From contig CAWIIP010000002.1 of the NCBI GenBank assembly GCA_963836235.1, positions 448,001-512,000 on the forward strand: 64,000 bases of DNA, in the 5' to 3' direction. The DNA comes from an uncultured Pseudomonadota bacterium. GTDB taxonomy: Bacteria > Oederibacteriota > Muellerivitia > Muellerivitales > Muellerivitaceae. The position numbers were made by a program, and so were the translations under genes. This document shows, piece after piece, positions 29,819 through 39,056 of the stretch (the first letter of the stretch is position 1; every line of letters begins with the position of its first letter). The notes below the pieces were generated by a model. That model was given only the letters and a program-made list of their open reading frames with translations, was not told the DNA's origin and did no database searches.

Positions 29819-30568
29819 CTAAGTTTTTTTATCGAAGGCAAAAAGATCCGAAACAAAGCCCATCTTGCTTAACCGAAACTGCAAAGCGGTCCAAAGGCAC
29901 CCCAAGCCGTACTTGCTACTCCGGATAAAGTTAATGGAAGAGGCCTCGGCGAAATATTTCGCCGGACAGGTCACCTCGGCGATTTTGAAATCTAAATAGT
30001 GGATTTGGGAAAGCATCTGGTTGTCAAAAATGAAATCGTCTGAATTTTTCTCAAGGGGTATCGCCTCCAGGACTTTTCGGGTAAAGGCACGGTAACCCGT
30101 GTGATATTCGGAAAGCTTGGCCCCCATTAGGACGTTTTGCGTGAAGGTTAAAAACCGGTTGCTGATGTACTTATAAAGAGGCATTCCCCCTTTGAGCGCT
30201 TGGCCTCCCAAAATGCGGGACCCTAGCGCCACGTCATATTCTCCGCTAGCCAATAGATAAGCCATCGAAGGAATAAGCTTGGGCGTGTATTGGTAATCGG
30301 GGTGGAGCATGATGATGATATCCGCTTTGCTCTTAAGCGCCGCGGCGTAACAGGTTTTCTGGTTGCCGCCGTAACCCCGGTTCCGGGGATGAATGAAGGT
30401 CTTTATTTTCATTTTTTTGGCGAGCATGGCCGTTTCATCACTGCTCGCGTCATCCACCAGAATGACCTCATCCACGATATCCCGTGGCACCTCGTCGTAA
30501 GTTTTTTTCAACGTCTTAGCCGCGTTATAAGCCGGCATAACCACCACGACTTTCTTTTTGTGGATCAT
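29819..30568 (-). CDS. glycosyltransferase family 2 (DPM1-like)
   Basis: VMPAYN, VDDASSD, NRGYGGNQK, HPDYQY. Confidence 0.9.
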   Translation of the reverse strand: MIHKKKVVVVMPAYNAAKTLKKTYDEVPRDIVDEVILVDDASSDETAMLAKKMKIKTFIHPRNRGYGGNQKTCYAAALKSKADIIIMLHPDYQYTPKLIPSMAYLLASGEYDVALGSRILGGQALKGGMPLYKYISNRFLTFTQNVLMGAKLSEYHTGYRAFTRKVLEAIPLEKNSDDFIFDNQMLSQIHYLDFKIAEVTCPAKYFAEASSINFIRSSKYGLGCLWTALQFRLSKMGFVSDLFAFDKKT

Positions 30569-31182
30569 TTCATTTCTTCCTTCATGAGTTTCGCGACTTC
30601 TCTCGAGTTATACCCGCCTTGTTCCAGGGCTCGGACAACTTTTTCTCTTTTTTCAGCCGTATGATTTTGGCTTAACTTCCACTTTCCTTCCAATCGGCTT
30701 ATCTCTATGCGAAAACCCACTATCATTTTTAAGAGTTTTAGGAAGTACTCCTCCGTAAGTATTCCCATATCCCAAGGTTGCGGCAGGAAACCTTCATAAA
30801 AACCGACCATCTTCTTTAAGATTCCGCTGATTTCCCTTTCATCCGCAATCGGAACAAACCGGCCATAAACATGAACCGAAACGTAATTCCAGGTTGGAAC
30901 CGATTCCAATGTTCCATACCAAGAAGGCGAAATATAGGCGTGTGGACCCTGGAAGATCATCATGACTTCTTGTCCCGCAAGGGCGGTCCACTGGGGATTG
31001 GCTTTGGCCATATGGCTCAGGAGGCTCCCCCCTGGGCCCATGTCCGGTTGAACCAAAACCGGAAGGTGGCTCGCTTCCAGTTTTCCCTCCTTTTGGGAAA
31101 CCAGTATCCCGAAATTATTCTTCTCGATGAAATCAAAAAGCCTAGAAGCGTCTTCTTTCTTAAAAACATCCGAGTTATACAT
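30565..31182 (-). CDS. FMN-binding negative transcriptional regulator (PaiB family)
   Basis: SHLP, HMAKANPQW, GPHAYISPSWY, VPTWNY, KWKLSQN. Confidence 0.92.
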   Translation of the reverse strand: MYNSDVFKKEDASRLFDFIEKNNFGILVSQKEGKLEASHLPVLVQPDMGPGGSLLSHMAKANPQWTALAGQEVMMIFQGPHAYISPSWYGTLESVPTWNYVSVHVYGRFVPIADEREISGILKKMVGFYEGFLPQPWDMGILTEEYFLKLLKMIVGFRIEISRLEGKWKLSQNHTAEKREKVVRALEQGGYNSREVAKLMKEEMK

Positions 31183-31200
31183 AAAAAACTTTCGATCGCG

Positions 31201-31467
31201 TCAGTTGGAAGGCTTCAATAGCCGAATGCCAACCAAAAGAACCACAGACCCCAGAACGTACATTCCGAAAGTCTCCAGCCAGCCCTGAACGGGAAGATGG
31301 AAGAAATCGCCTAGAAAGCCACCCAAAAGAGCTCCCAAAATACCAACCACCATATCGGGAATAATGCCCATTCCCTTGCCATGAACAAGCTTACTGGCCA
31401 ACCATCCCGTTAAAATCCCAACCACGATAATCCCGATAAGACTATGAGCATCATGCCAGTTACCCAT
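31201..31467 (-). CDS. GlsB/YeaQ/YmgE-family stress membrane protein
   Basis: GILTGWLAS...VVGILGALLGG three-TM pattern. Confidence 0.85.
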   Translation of the reverse strand: MGNWHDAHSLIGIIVVGILTGWLASKLVHGKGMGIIPDMVVGILGALLGGFLGDFFHLPVQGWLETFGMYVLGSVVLLVGIRLLKPSN

Positions 31468-31506
31468 GGACGGCCTCCTTAAATGATGAGGATGACTTTT
31501 ATTATC

Positions 31507-32289
31507 TTAGTTGATGGCTCTTAATATTTGGGAATGAACCAGGCTGTTACTGGAAAGGGAGTTCCCGCTATAGATGGTCTTCTTCCCCGAAAGGTCGGTA
31601 AACTTGCCGCCCGCCTCTTCCAAGCAAATCTTGATAGCGGCGACGTCATAGGGTTTCACCACCGGCTCCAGCATGGCTTCCGTCATTCCTTGGATGACCA
31701 GGGATTGGCCAAAACAATCGCCGAAACCACGGTCGTCATAACAGATGGCGATCAGGTCGGTCAGCTTCTTGCGGTAGGATTTGGGAGTCAGCCGAATTCC
31801 CCCATAAGTCAATGTGCCGCCTTTGAGGTTTTGAATTCTGGAAACATATGCCCTTTTTCCGTTGGCATAACAGCCAAGCCCCTTGCCCGCCCAAAGGGTC
31901 ATCGAGATGGCTGGATGATGAATAACCCCCACCACCACCTCCCCCCGGTATTCCAACCCAATCAAGGTCCCCCAAAAAGGTATCCCCCGGATAAATTGCC
32001 GGGTTCCGTCTACCGGATCGATCCACCACTTGAAGTCGGATTTATGGTTTTTATCCCAACCAAATTCTTCCCCGCAAAGCTGGTGGCCCGGGAAAGCCTT
32101 CCCCAGAATTACCCGAATGACCTGCTCGGCTTCCCGGTCGGCCCGAGTAACCGGCGATCGGTCGACTTTCTTGATAACGGAAACGTTCTTACGGAAGTAT
32201 TTCAGGGCCCTTTGTCCGCCTTTTTGGGCGGCGATTTTGGCAACCGCAAGGAAACGCTGCAATTGTTTGCGGCTTAAGGAGTTGGACAT
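31507..32289 (-). CDS. inositol monophosphatase family (HisN-like histidinol-phosphatase)
   Basis: SPVTRAD, GEEFG, WIDPVDGT, YDVAA...EAGG. Confidence 0.88.
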   Translation of the reverse strand: MSNSLSRKQLQRFLAVAKIAAQKGGQRALKYFRKNVSVIKKVDRSPVTRADREAEQVIRVILGKAFPGHQLCGEEFGWDKNHKSDFKWWIDPVDGTRQFIRGIPFWGTLIGLEYRGEVVVGVIHHPAISMTLWAGKGLGCYANGKRAYVSRIQNLKGGTLTYGGIRLTPKSYRKKLTDLIAICYDDRGFGDCFGQSLVIQGMTEAMLEPVVKPYDVAAIKICLEEAGGKFTDLSGKKTIYSGNSLSSNSLVHSQILRAIN

Positions 32290-32326
32290 GGCAGCATTTT
32301 ACAGGCGGAACGGAATGGACGGAAAT

Positions 32327-32362
32327 AAAAAACGCCCCAAGGTCAATCCCTGGTGCGTTTTT
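32327..32362. terminator. probable intrinsic terminator
   Basis: aaaaaacgc-ccca...tggtgcgttttt hairpin with A/T tracts on both sides. Confidence 0.5.
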
Positions 32363-32405
32363 AGTGTTTTAGACATCAACGGCGAATGACCACATTAGAT
32401 TATTG

Positions 32406-32807
32406 TTACATCATTGCCTTGCCCTTGATGCTGATGGCCTTTTTCGATCCGTCACTGTTCACTTGAGAGGCCTTTTTAGGAATTAAATTCGTACCATACT
32501 CATCCCCGGTAATCTCGACTTTCTTTCCTGCATAATTAGCGAAAGCACTGGAGGGAAAGGCCAATATATACAAAGTTTTATCCACGAGAAGGCCCGCCGG
32601 GCTTCCGCCTTTCAGGCATTCCGTGCCACAGTTTTTCATGTCCATGTGATCATTGCCCGTTTCGCCATCGTCCAAATAACAGGCCACATCGACCAGGATG
32701 CCGGTCATCGTTACGGTTTTAGACTTTTGACCCATATCTTCCGCCCGGCAAATTGAATAGGACACAGCCAAGCCCAACACTAAAACCAACATCGATAATT
32801 TTTTCAC
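32406..32807 (-). CDS. exported Cys/His-containing hypothetical protein
   Basis: signal peptide; DVACY...HMDMKNCGTECLKGG. Confidence 0.7.
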   Translation of the reverse strand: MKKLSMLVLVLGLAVSYSICRAEDMGQKSKTVTMTGILVDVACYLDDGETGNDHMDMKNCGTECLKGGSPAGLLVDKTLYILAFPSSAFANYAGKKVEITGDEYGTNLIPKKASQVNSDGSKKAISIKGKAMM

Positions 32808-32869
32808 CCCATCCTCCTTAAAATTTTAAAATCTGTTCCAAATACTATCGTTTTAAAGGTTTAAAAGTT

Positions 32870-33346
32870 TCAAGTTAACCGCTGAATTTCCTCTGCCGCA
32901 TGAGGAAAAAGTCGTAAAAGCTTCTCCCGGTCACCCAAAACAAAGTCTTCAAACTCAAAACCCGGTGCCACAGTGGTTCCCATCAAGGCGAAATTCCCGC
33001 CTTCGTTTAAATAGCCTCCAAACCAAGTACCCGCAGGAATCAACAGTTGTACTTGTTGCCCCTGTTCCATGCCCTGTCCCAGGACGATTTTTTGGAAATC
33101 CCCATTGGAGCCTAATAGCACCCAGGTCACCGAATCGCCCAGATAAAAGTGAACCATCTCGTCCGAGACAATACGGTGCATCTTGGAAACCGAACCCGGA
33201 ACGAGCAGGTAATAAATGGCGGTAGAGAAAACCCGTTGCGGTTTGAACCCTGGAATGGGTGACGGTCCCCGATAGGTTTCCCGGTAAAAGCCTCCCTCTG
33301 GATGGGGTTTCAGGTTTAGTGATTGAATTATTTTATCCGCTGTCAT
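32870..33346 (-). CDS. cupin (DUF985/Cupin_5)
   Basis: PHPEGGFYRET, TAIYYLL, VAPGFEFEDF. Confidence 0.92.
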   Translation of the reverse strand: MTADKIIQSLNLKPHPEGGFYRETYRGPSPIPGFKPQRVFSTAIYYLLVPGSVSKMHRIVSDEMVHFYLGDSVTWVLLGSNGDFQKIVLGQGMEQGQQVQLLIPAGTWFGGYLNEGGNFALMGTTVAPGFEFEDFVLGDREKLLRLFPHAAEEIQRLT

Positions 33347-33397
33347 CCAAAAACCTTTTTAACCGCAGATTTACGCCTTTATACCTTTACAGCGGCT

Positions 33398-34495
33398 TTA
33401 AACGCCAAAAGAAACACCAATACTCCGGGCGGCCTTGATGAGTTCGTGATTTGTAGGAACTTTGCGGGTTTTGCCACCCACCTCGGACAAGGGAACGGAA
33501 GCCAGTTGACCGTTCTTGAGGGCCACCATGCGGCCAAATTTGCCCTTCAAAATCAGGTCCATCGCGCGGACGCCGAAAAGGGTGGCTAGGTTGCGGTCAA
33601 AAGCCGTCGGCGTTCCACCACGGACCAGATGGCCCAGGATAATCGACCTGTTCTCGATACCGGACTGGGCTTCCAAATGATGGGCCAATTGGCGGCTGAT
33701 GCCGCCGAGCCGGATCCTTTCCGTGGACATGGGATTAATCCGGTCAACCACCATCTTTCCGCCCTTGGGGTGCGCCCCTTCGGCGATGACCACGATACTG
33801 CTCTTCTTACCCCGGCGGCGGCGGCTCCAAATGGCTTCCACTACCTTCTTTTCGTCATAAGGAATTTCGGGAATGAGGATGATATCCCCTCCCCCCGCGA
33901 TACCGGAACGAAGCGCCAGCCAGCCCGCGTAGCGCCCCATGATTTCAACGATGATGACTCGATGGTGGGAATCGGCCACCGTATGCAAGCGGTCGATGGC
34001 CTCAGTGGCGATGGAAACAGCCGTGTCATGGCCGAAAGTCTGGTCCGTACCCATCAAATCGTTGTCGATGGTCTTGGGTACGCCGATGATCCGCACGCCC
34101 ATTTTGGAAAGCTTGTTGGCGACCGTCATACTGCCGTCGCCGCCCAAGACGACCAGGGCTTCGATGCCAAGGCTCGTCAGGTTTCGGGGGATGTCCTTGC
34201 TGCGGTCGTGGTAAATGATCTTGCCCGACTTGTTCTTTTCAATGAGGTGGAAAGGATTGTCTTTGTTGGACGAACCCAGGATGGTGCCGCCCCGGGTAAG
34301 GATATTGGAAACATCGTCTGAACCCAGAATCTTCGTGGATTTCTCGACCAGCCCCAAGAAGCCATCCAGGATACCAACCACTTCGATGCCGTTTTGGACC
34401 GCCGTCTTAACGACCGCGCGGATAACGGCATTCAAACCGGGGCAATCACCGCCGGCGGTTAGAATGCCGATACATTTAACGCGCGAAGAAGACAT
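33398..34495 (-). CDS. pfkA: 6-phosphofructokinase (group III type)
   Basis: GGDCPGLNA, GGDGS, PKTIDND, MGR, RGGTPTAFDR. Confidence 0.93.
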   Translation of the reverse strand: MSSSRVKCIGILTAGGDCPGLNAVIRAVVKTAVQNGIEVVGILDGFLGLVEKSTKILGSDDVSNILTRGGTILGSSNKDNPFHLIEKNKSGKIIYHDRSKDIPRNLTSLGIEALVVLGGDGSMTVANKLSKMGVRIIGVPKTIDNDLMGTDQTFGHDTAVSIATEAIDRLHTVADSHHRVIIVEIMGRYAGWLALRSGIAGGGDIILIPEIPYDEKKVVEAIWSRRRRGKKSSIVVIAEGAHPKGGKMVVDRINPMSTERIRLGGISRQLAHHLEAQSGIENRSIILGHLVRGGTPTAFDRNLATLFGVRAMDLILKGKFGRMVALKNGQLASVPLSEVGGKTRKVPTNHELIKAARSIGVSFGV

Positions 34496-34505
34496 GAAAT
34501 CCTTC

Positions 34506-35021
34506 TTATTGGACCCCGAGTAACTCAACGTCGAATACCAGCGTGGCGTTCGGAGGAATCACCCCGCCCGCGCCCCTCTCGCCGTAACCCAAGTCGGAAG
34601 GAATGGTTAATTTACGTTTCTCGCCAACCCTCATCCCGGCCACACCCTCATCCCAGCCCTTAATGACTTGGCCGGCTCCCAATGTGAATTGGAAAGGCTG
34701 GCCCCGGTCCACCGAACTGTCAAACTTGGTTCCGTCGGTCAACCAGCCGGTGTAATGCACGCTGACCGTTTGGCCCGCCACGGCAAAAGCTCCATGACCG
34801 ACCTTCAAAACTTGGTATTTAAGGCCCGAAGCCGTGGTAATAGTTTTATGGCCGGCCTTTACATGTTTCGCCGCGGGAGTCGGGCTGACGGCGGCGGAAG
34901 CATCGGTGCCGGTGGTAGTGGAACTGGAAGCCGTTGAGTCCTGCGCCTTCACGTAATTCGCCACCAATAAAACCACTCCGATTAAAACTGCCAGACCTAA
35001 AGCCTCATAGCGGTAAATCAT
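34506..35021 (-). CDS. FKBP-type peptidyl-prolyl isomerase, exported
   Basis: [34 protein letters not shown]. Confidence 0.96.
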   Translation of the reverse strand: MIYRYEALGLAVLIGVVLLVANYVKAQDSTASSSTTTGTDASAAVSPTPAAKHVKAGHKTITTASGLKYQVLKVGHGAFAVAGQTVSVHYTGWLTDGTKFDSSVDRGQPFQFTLGAGQVIKGWDEGVAGMRVGEKRKLTIPSDLGYGERGAGGVIPPNATLVFDVELLGVQ

Positions 35022-35131
35022 GCCGATTCCTCCCCTTTGGATGTGAATGAAACGGCGAAAGTATACCTTATCGGCGGGCTAGTTTCAGCAGAAGTCGAAG
35101 GGAAAGGCTTAAAGACTACAGCAAAAACCGA

Positions 35132-35332
35132 TTGAACCACGAAGGCACTAAGGGCACCATGCCGACCTTCCATAAATCTTTTAAAGAGGTCGGTATAGTA
35201 CCGATTTCAATGTTTTGTCTATTCATTGAAAATCGGCACAAGCAAGACTAAAAGCAAAGGTATTTAAAAAATATTCTAAATTCAATCTTTGTTTTAGCTT
35301 TTCTTGGTGCCCTTCCTGCCTTCGTGGTTCAA
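35132..35332. repeat. 201-bp MITE/REP-like element with 28-bp terminal inverted repeats and internal hairpins
   Basis: ttgaaccacgaaggcactaagggcacca (35132-59) vs tggtgcccttcctgccttcgtggttcaa (35305-32), 26/28 complementary. Confidence 0.75.
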
Positions 35333-35345
35333 ATTTCTTTGACTC

Positions 35346-35588
35346 TTAGTCTGCAACCCGGGCGACGCGGATAGTGTTGACAATGTCGTGGACACCGCTG
35401 ACGCCATGGACGATGGAGGAAATATCCCGCTTGGTTTCAAAATCATCCACGACTCCCGTCAGGGTCACATGGCCCCCTCGGGCGCTGACATGGATTCCAT
35501 CCCCCATACTACGAACGGCCCGGCTAATGGCCGCTTCCAGCTCGACATCCTTCGGATCGGAAATATTGTTGTTGAATGGATCTGTCAT
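35346..35588 (-). CDS. single BON-domain protein, no signal peptide
   Basis: IHVSARGGHVTLTGVV...GVSGVHDIVNTIRV. Confidence 0.85.
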   Translation of the reverse strand: MTDPFNNNISDPKDVELEAAISRAVRSMGDGIHVSARGGHVTLTGVVDDFETKRDISSIVHGVSGVHDIVNTIRVARVAD

Positions 35589-35683
35589 AGGTCCCCCTTT
35601 TTTAACCAGCGACTTCTTAATAAATGGTACGCCGGATATTCAAGGCTTTCAACGGAGCTCGGTTACCTCCACTTTTAAAGGGT

Positions 35684-35944
35684 CTAAAAATGGTTGAGAT
35701 TCCTTTTTTCCTCCCAGGGTTTTACGTGGATATGGTTGGTCACGATCCGCACCCCCGGAATGGCTTCTACCATTGGAGTGATATCCCTTTTTTCTTGTGC
35801 CTTATCAACCCAACCCAGGAGATTGACATATCCATCCCTTACAACCACTTGAACCGCTCCTGATTTTCCCCGGGAACCTATAGCCCTTTCGATTGTCTCT
35901 TCCAATTCGACATCCTTCAGATTAAGAAACGGCAGAGTTTCCAT
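35684..35944 (-). CDS. single BON-domain protein, no signal peptide
   Basis: VQVVVRDGYVNLLGWV...IPGVRIVTNHIHV. Confidence 0.85.
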   Translation of the reverse strand: METLPFLNLKDVELEETIERAIGSRGKSGAVQVVVRDGYVNLLGWVDKAQEKRDITPMVEAIPGVRIVTNHIHVKPWEEKRNLNHF

Positions 35945-36064
35945 ATCAAACCTCCTAATTTCAAAAGGAAATTTTAACTTTGAACTCTCCTAAGCTTCAT
36001 TGTTTCTCCCTCACCTGATTTCCAATATGACCTATTTCATACTCCCGATGGATTTGTTGGTGCG

Positions 36065-36093
36065 TTGACAGGGCTCTTCCCGGTAAATAAGAT
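36065..36093 (+). promoter_or_regulatory. sigma70 promoter of the ABC operon
   Basis: TTGACA-N17-TAAGAT upstream of ATG 36140. Confidence 0.7.
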
Positions 36094-36139
36094 GCTGGCC
36101 TTATCAAAATAACCTTTTAATTCAGCCTTAGGACATCTT

Positions 36140-37156
36140 ATGGAAAAAGCCCTTCACATCGAAAACCTCTCCAAAAGCTATAAACGCCGCCTGCGTCAGC
36201 CGGGGCTTTGGGGCGCTTTGAAGGGATTGCTTTCCAGCCAATTTGAGGATGTGGAGGCCGTCAAGAAGATCTCTTTTTCCATTAACCGGGGGGAAAAAGT
36301 TGGCCTGATCGGTGAAAACGGCGCGGGCAAATCGACCACCCTCAAAATGCTCACCGGCATCATCGCGCCCACAAGCGGCAGCCTGGAAGTTTTAGGGCAA
36401 CTGCCTTGGAAAGAACGCCGCCAATTAGCCATGAATATCGGGGTGGTCTTTGGCCAGCGGCCCCAATTGCTTTGGGACATTCCGGTACGGGAAACTTTCC
36501 GGCTCTTGAAAACCATGTACCGCATTCCCGAAGAAGTTTACAACGTGACTTATAACGAAGCGGTCCGACGGCTGGGGCTGGAACCCCTGCTGGGGACTCC
36601 CGTCCGCCAACTGTCCCTCGGCCAGCGCATGCGTTGCGACTTGGCGGCGGCCCTATTGCACGCGCCGGCTATCGCTTTTTTGGACGAACCGACCATCGGC
36701 CTGGACCTGTCGGTGAAGGAGCAGGTACGGGAATATATCGCGGATATACAGGAAAAATTCGGCACCACTCTTCTCATTACCACTCACGACCTGAAGGACA
36801 TTACCGAGACCTGCGACCGTTTGCTGTTATTGGATAAAGGAGCGCTTCTTTTCGATGGTTCCATAAAAGCCTTCGAAAAGAAATTTGCCAACGAATCCAG
36901 GATCGTTGCCGAATTGCACCGGCCTGTTGCCCCGTCAGCTTTTAAAAAATTAACCGCCGAAATGAAACGGCACGGTGGAAAGATCATCGTTTCCGAGGGG
37001 CACCGGTTAATCGTGGAATACCGTAAATCCGGAGCCGCCCCGGCCTTGACCCAGATTCTCCTCAAACGGCAAAAAGTAGTGGATCTAGCCCTGGAAAAAA
37101 CCGACATCGAAACCATCGTAACCCGAATTTACCGAAAACCCATCGAAACAAAATAG
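36140..37156 (+). CDS. ABC exporter ATP-binding protein
   Basis: GENGAGKST, LSLGQRMR, FLDEPTIGLD, TTH. Confidence 0.95.
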   Translation: MEKALHIENLSKSYKRRLRQPGLWGALKGLLSSQFEDVEAVKKISFSINRGEKVGLIGENGAGKSTTLKMLTGIIAPTSGSLEVLGQLPWKERRQLAMNIGVVFGQRPQLLWDIPVRETFRLLKTMYRIPEEVYNVTYNEAVRRLGLEPLLGTPVRQLSLGQRMRCDLAAALLHAPAIAFLDEPTIGLDLSVKEQVREYIADIQEKFGTTLLITTHDLKDITETCDRLLLLDKGALLFDGSIKAFEKKFANESRIVAELHRPVAPSAFKKLTAEMKRHGGKIIVSEGHRLIVEYRKSGAAPALTQILLKRQKVVDLALEKTDIETIVTRIYRKPIETK

Positions 37157-37163
37157 GAGCTTC

Positions 37164-37997
37164 TTGATGCGTCCTCTTCAGCCTGCTCTTACTACCCTGG
37201 AGTTCACGAAGGGTTATGCCTCCCTTTTTATTCGCTCCCTTAAGGCCAGTTTTGCCTACCGGGCCACCACTTTTACTTCCCTTCTCACAGCCACCGTGGC
37301 CTATGCCATTCCCATGTTGGTCTGGCGCCAGGTTTACGCCCAAAACCCATTAGGGCCTTCCATATCCCAGGCCAAAATGTTTCCCTACCTGCTTCTCGCT
37401 TGTTGCGTGAACTATTCGCTGGGAATGAGTGTGGAATTCAGGATTAGCCAACGCATCCGCATGGGCCTCATCGCTACCGACCTTTTGAAACCCCTGGATT
37501 TCCAGGTGGCGCAGGGCGTCCAATCCGTCAGCGACGGTCTTTTCAATGGCTTCTTGGGAATGACGGTTTTCTTTTGCGGTTTTCTTTTTCTTGGCCCGGA
37601 GGTTTTCCCCGCCGGCTGGGAGGCATTTGGCCTCTTTATCCTCAGCTATTTGCTGGCTTTCCTGGTGATGTACGGCATTTGTTTTATCTTTGTCCAGGGC
37701 GCCTTTTACACTTACAGCGGATATGGCATCCTGACGGCCCGAATGGCCTTGCAATATACCTTTTCAGGCATGTCGGCCCCCCTGTCCCTTTACCCGGCTT
37801 TTCTTGGAGCCATCGGCCATTGGCTGCCTTTCCAACACACCATCTTCACGCCTGTTTCTATTTATATGGGATGGGTTCAAGGCGAACAAGCTTGGAGCCT
37901 TATTGGAGAACAAGCTCTTTGGGTCCTTGCCCTTTTTGTGGTTGGAAAACTCTTAATGAATCAGGCATTAAAACAATTGGAAATCCAGGGAGGCTGA
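37164..37997 (+). CDS. ABC-2 family permease (DUF990-like)
   Basis: six TM segments; DLLKPLD, LPFQ. Confidence 0.85.
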   Translation: MMRPLQPALTTLEFTKGYASLFIRSLKASFAYRATTFTSLLTATVAYAIPMLVWRQVYAQNPLGPSISQAKMFPYLLLACCVNYSLGMSVEFRISQRIRMGLIATDLLKPLDFQVAQGVQSVSDGLFNGFLGMTVFFCGFLFLGPEVFPAGWEAFGLFILSYLLAFLVMYGICFIFVQGAFYTYSGYGILTARMALQYTFSGMSAPLSLYPAFLGAIGHWLPFQHTIFTPVSIYMGWVQGEQAWSLIGEQALWVLALFVVGKLLMNQALKQLEIQGG

Positions 37998-38004
37998 TAC
38001 CGCA

Positions 38005-38787
38005 ATGGATATGTTGAAACTATATTGGATGGCTTTCAACACGGCCCTCCAAGCTAAATTTGAGTACCGGGTGGATTTCGTTCTCGGGGTTCTGACCTCC
38101 TGCATGATGCAGATGGCGAACCTCGCTTTTCTATTGGTGATCTTCCACCAAACGCCAGGCCTGAACGGCTGGGGTCCGGACGAAGTGGTTCTTCTTTTCG
38201 GACTGACGGCGGCGGCATTGGGGACCTCCGAACTCTTCTTCAATCATATCTGGATGGTTCCCTATTACATCGTCATGGGTGAATTGGACAGGCTTTTGAC
38301 CTACCCGGTCAACTCCCTCTACTTCCTATTAATCACGCGGCCCGAACTTCACGCCTTCGGTAATTTGGCTACCGGATTCGCTCTTGCCTCCATCGCGCTG
38401 GTCCATCTTCACGCGCCTTGGATCGCCTGGCTTTTGCTCCCCTTCGCTGCCTTTTTCGGCTGTCTGGTTTACACCGCAGCCCTGGTCATCGCGGCTAGTC
38501 TTTCCTTTGTCTTCATCAGTGCCACTTCCATGCACCTGATGATTCCCCACACGCTTCTTCAATCCACCCGCTGGCCTCTTAGCATTTATCCTTTCGCGCT
38601 CCAATACATCCTTTTATTATTGATTCCCTACGGAGCCTTCAATTACCTTCCGGCGGGTTTTATCTTGGGAAAGGGCTTGGCGCCCTGGCTTTTAGGGGCG
38701 ACACCCTTGGCCTGTTTGGCCTTTATGACCGTCTCGGGCCGGATGTGGCGATGGGGTATCGGCAAATACGAAAGCACGGGATCTTAA
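38005..38787 (+). CDS. ABC-2 family permease (DUF990-like)
   Basis: EYRVDF, GELDRLLTYP, WPLSIY, YESTGS C-terminus. Confidence 0.88.
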   Translation: MDMLKLYWMAFNTALQAKFEYRVDFVLGVLTSCMMQMANLAFLLVIFHQTPGLNGWGPDEVVLLFGLTAAALGTSELFFNHIWMVPYYIVMGELDRLLTYPVNSLYFLLITRPELHAFGNLATGFALASIALVHLHAPWIAWLLLPFAAFFGCLVYTAALVIAASLSFVFISATSMHLMIPHTLLQSTRWPLSIYPFALQYILLLLIPYGAFNYLPAGFILGKGLAPWLLGATPLACLAFMTVSGRMWRWGIGKYESTGS

Positions 38788-38823
38788 CAGGTTGCTGAAA
38801 AATAGGGGTTCAGCAATCTGTTA
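38785..38823. repeat. 15-bp inverted repeat at the ABC operon end (terminator or IS-end scar)
   Basis: taacaggttgctgaa-N9-ttcagcaatctgtta. Confidence 0.6.
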
Positions 38824-38826
38824 AAT

Positions 38827-38865
38827 AAAAAAGCCCTGCGGCGTTCTTACCTTGCCACAGGGCTT
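38827..38865 (-). terminator. intrinsic terminator
   Basis: AAGCCCTGTGGC-N11-GCCGCAGGGCTT followed by a T tract. Confidence 0.8.
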
Positions 38866-38965
38866 GCCCAATGCGATACGACAACCAATAGGTCCCACTT
38901 ATAAATAAAACTCACTTATACCGTGAAGGAAAGCCTCTCATCCCGATCGGTCTTTAACCCTTCAC
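38827..38965 (-). ncRNA. candidate 139-nt sRNA
   Basis: begins 6 nt after an ECF-type -10; 5' hairpin GTGAAGG...CCTTCAC, AU-rich middle, ends in AAGCCCTGTGGC...GCCGCAGGGCTTTTTT terminator; no ORF of note. Confidence 0.5.
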
Positions 38966-38971
38966 ATGCTC

Positions 38972-38998
38972 TAGACGGCCCTTTTATCCTTTAGTTCA
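38972..38998 (-). promoter_or_regulatory. ECF sigma-type promoter
   Basis: TGAAC-N16-CGTCTA (AAC/CGTC spacing typical of ECF promoters). Confidence 0.55.
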
Positions 38999-39056
38999 AA
39001 ATTTTTAAACTTTTTATTCATTAAAAATAAACCGTTTTCAAGTTAAACCAAATTCA

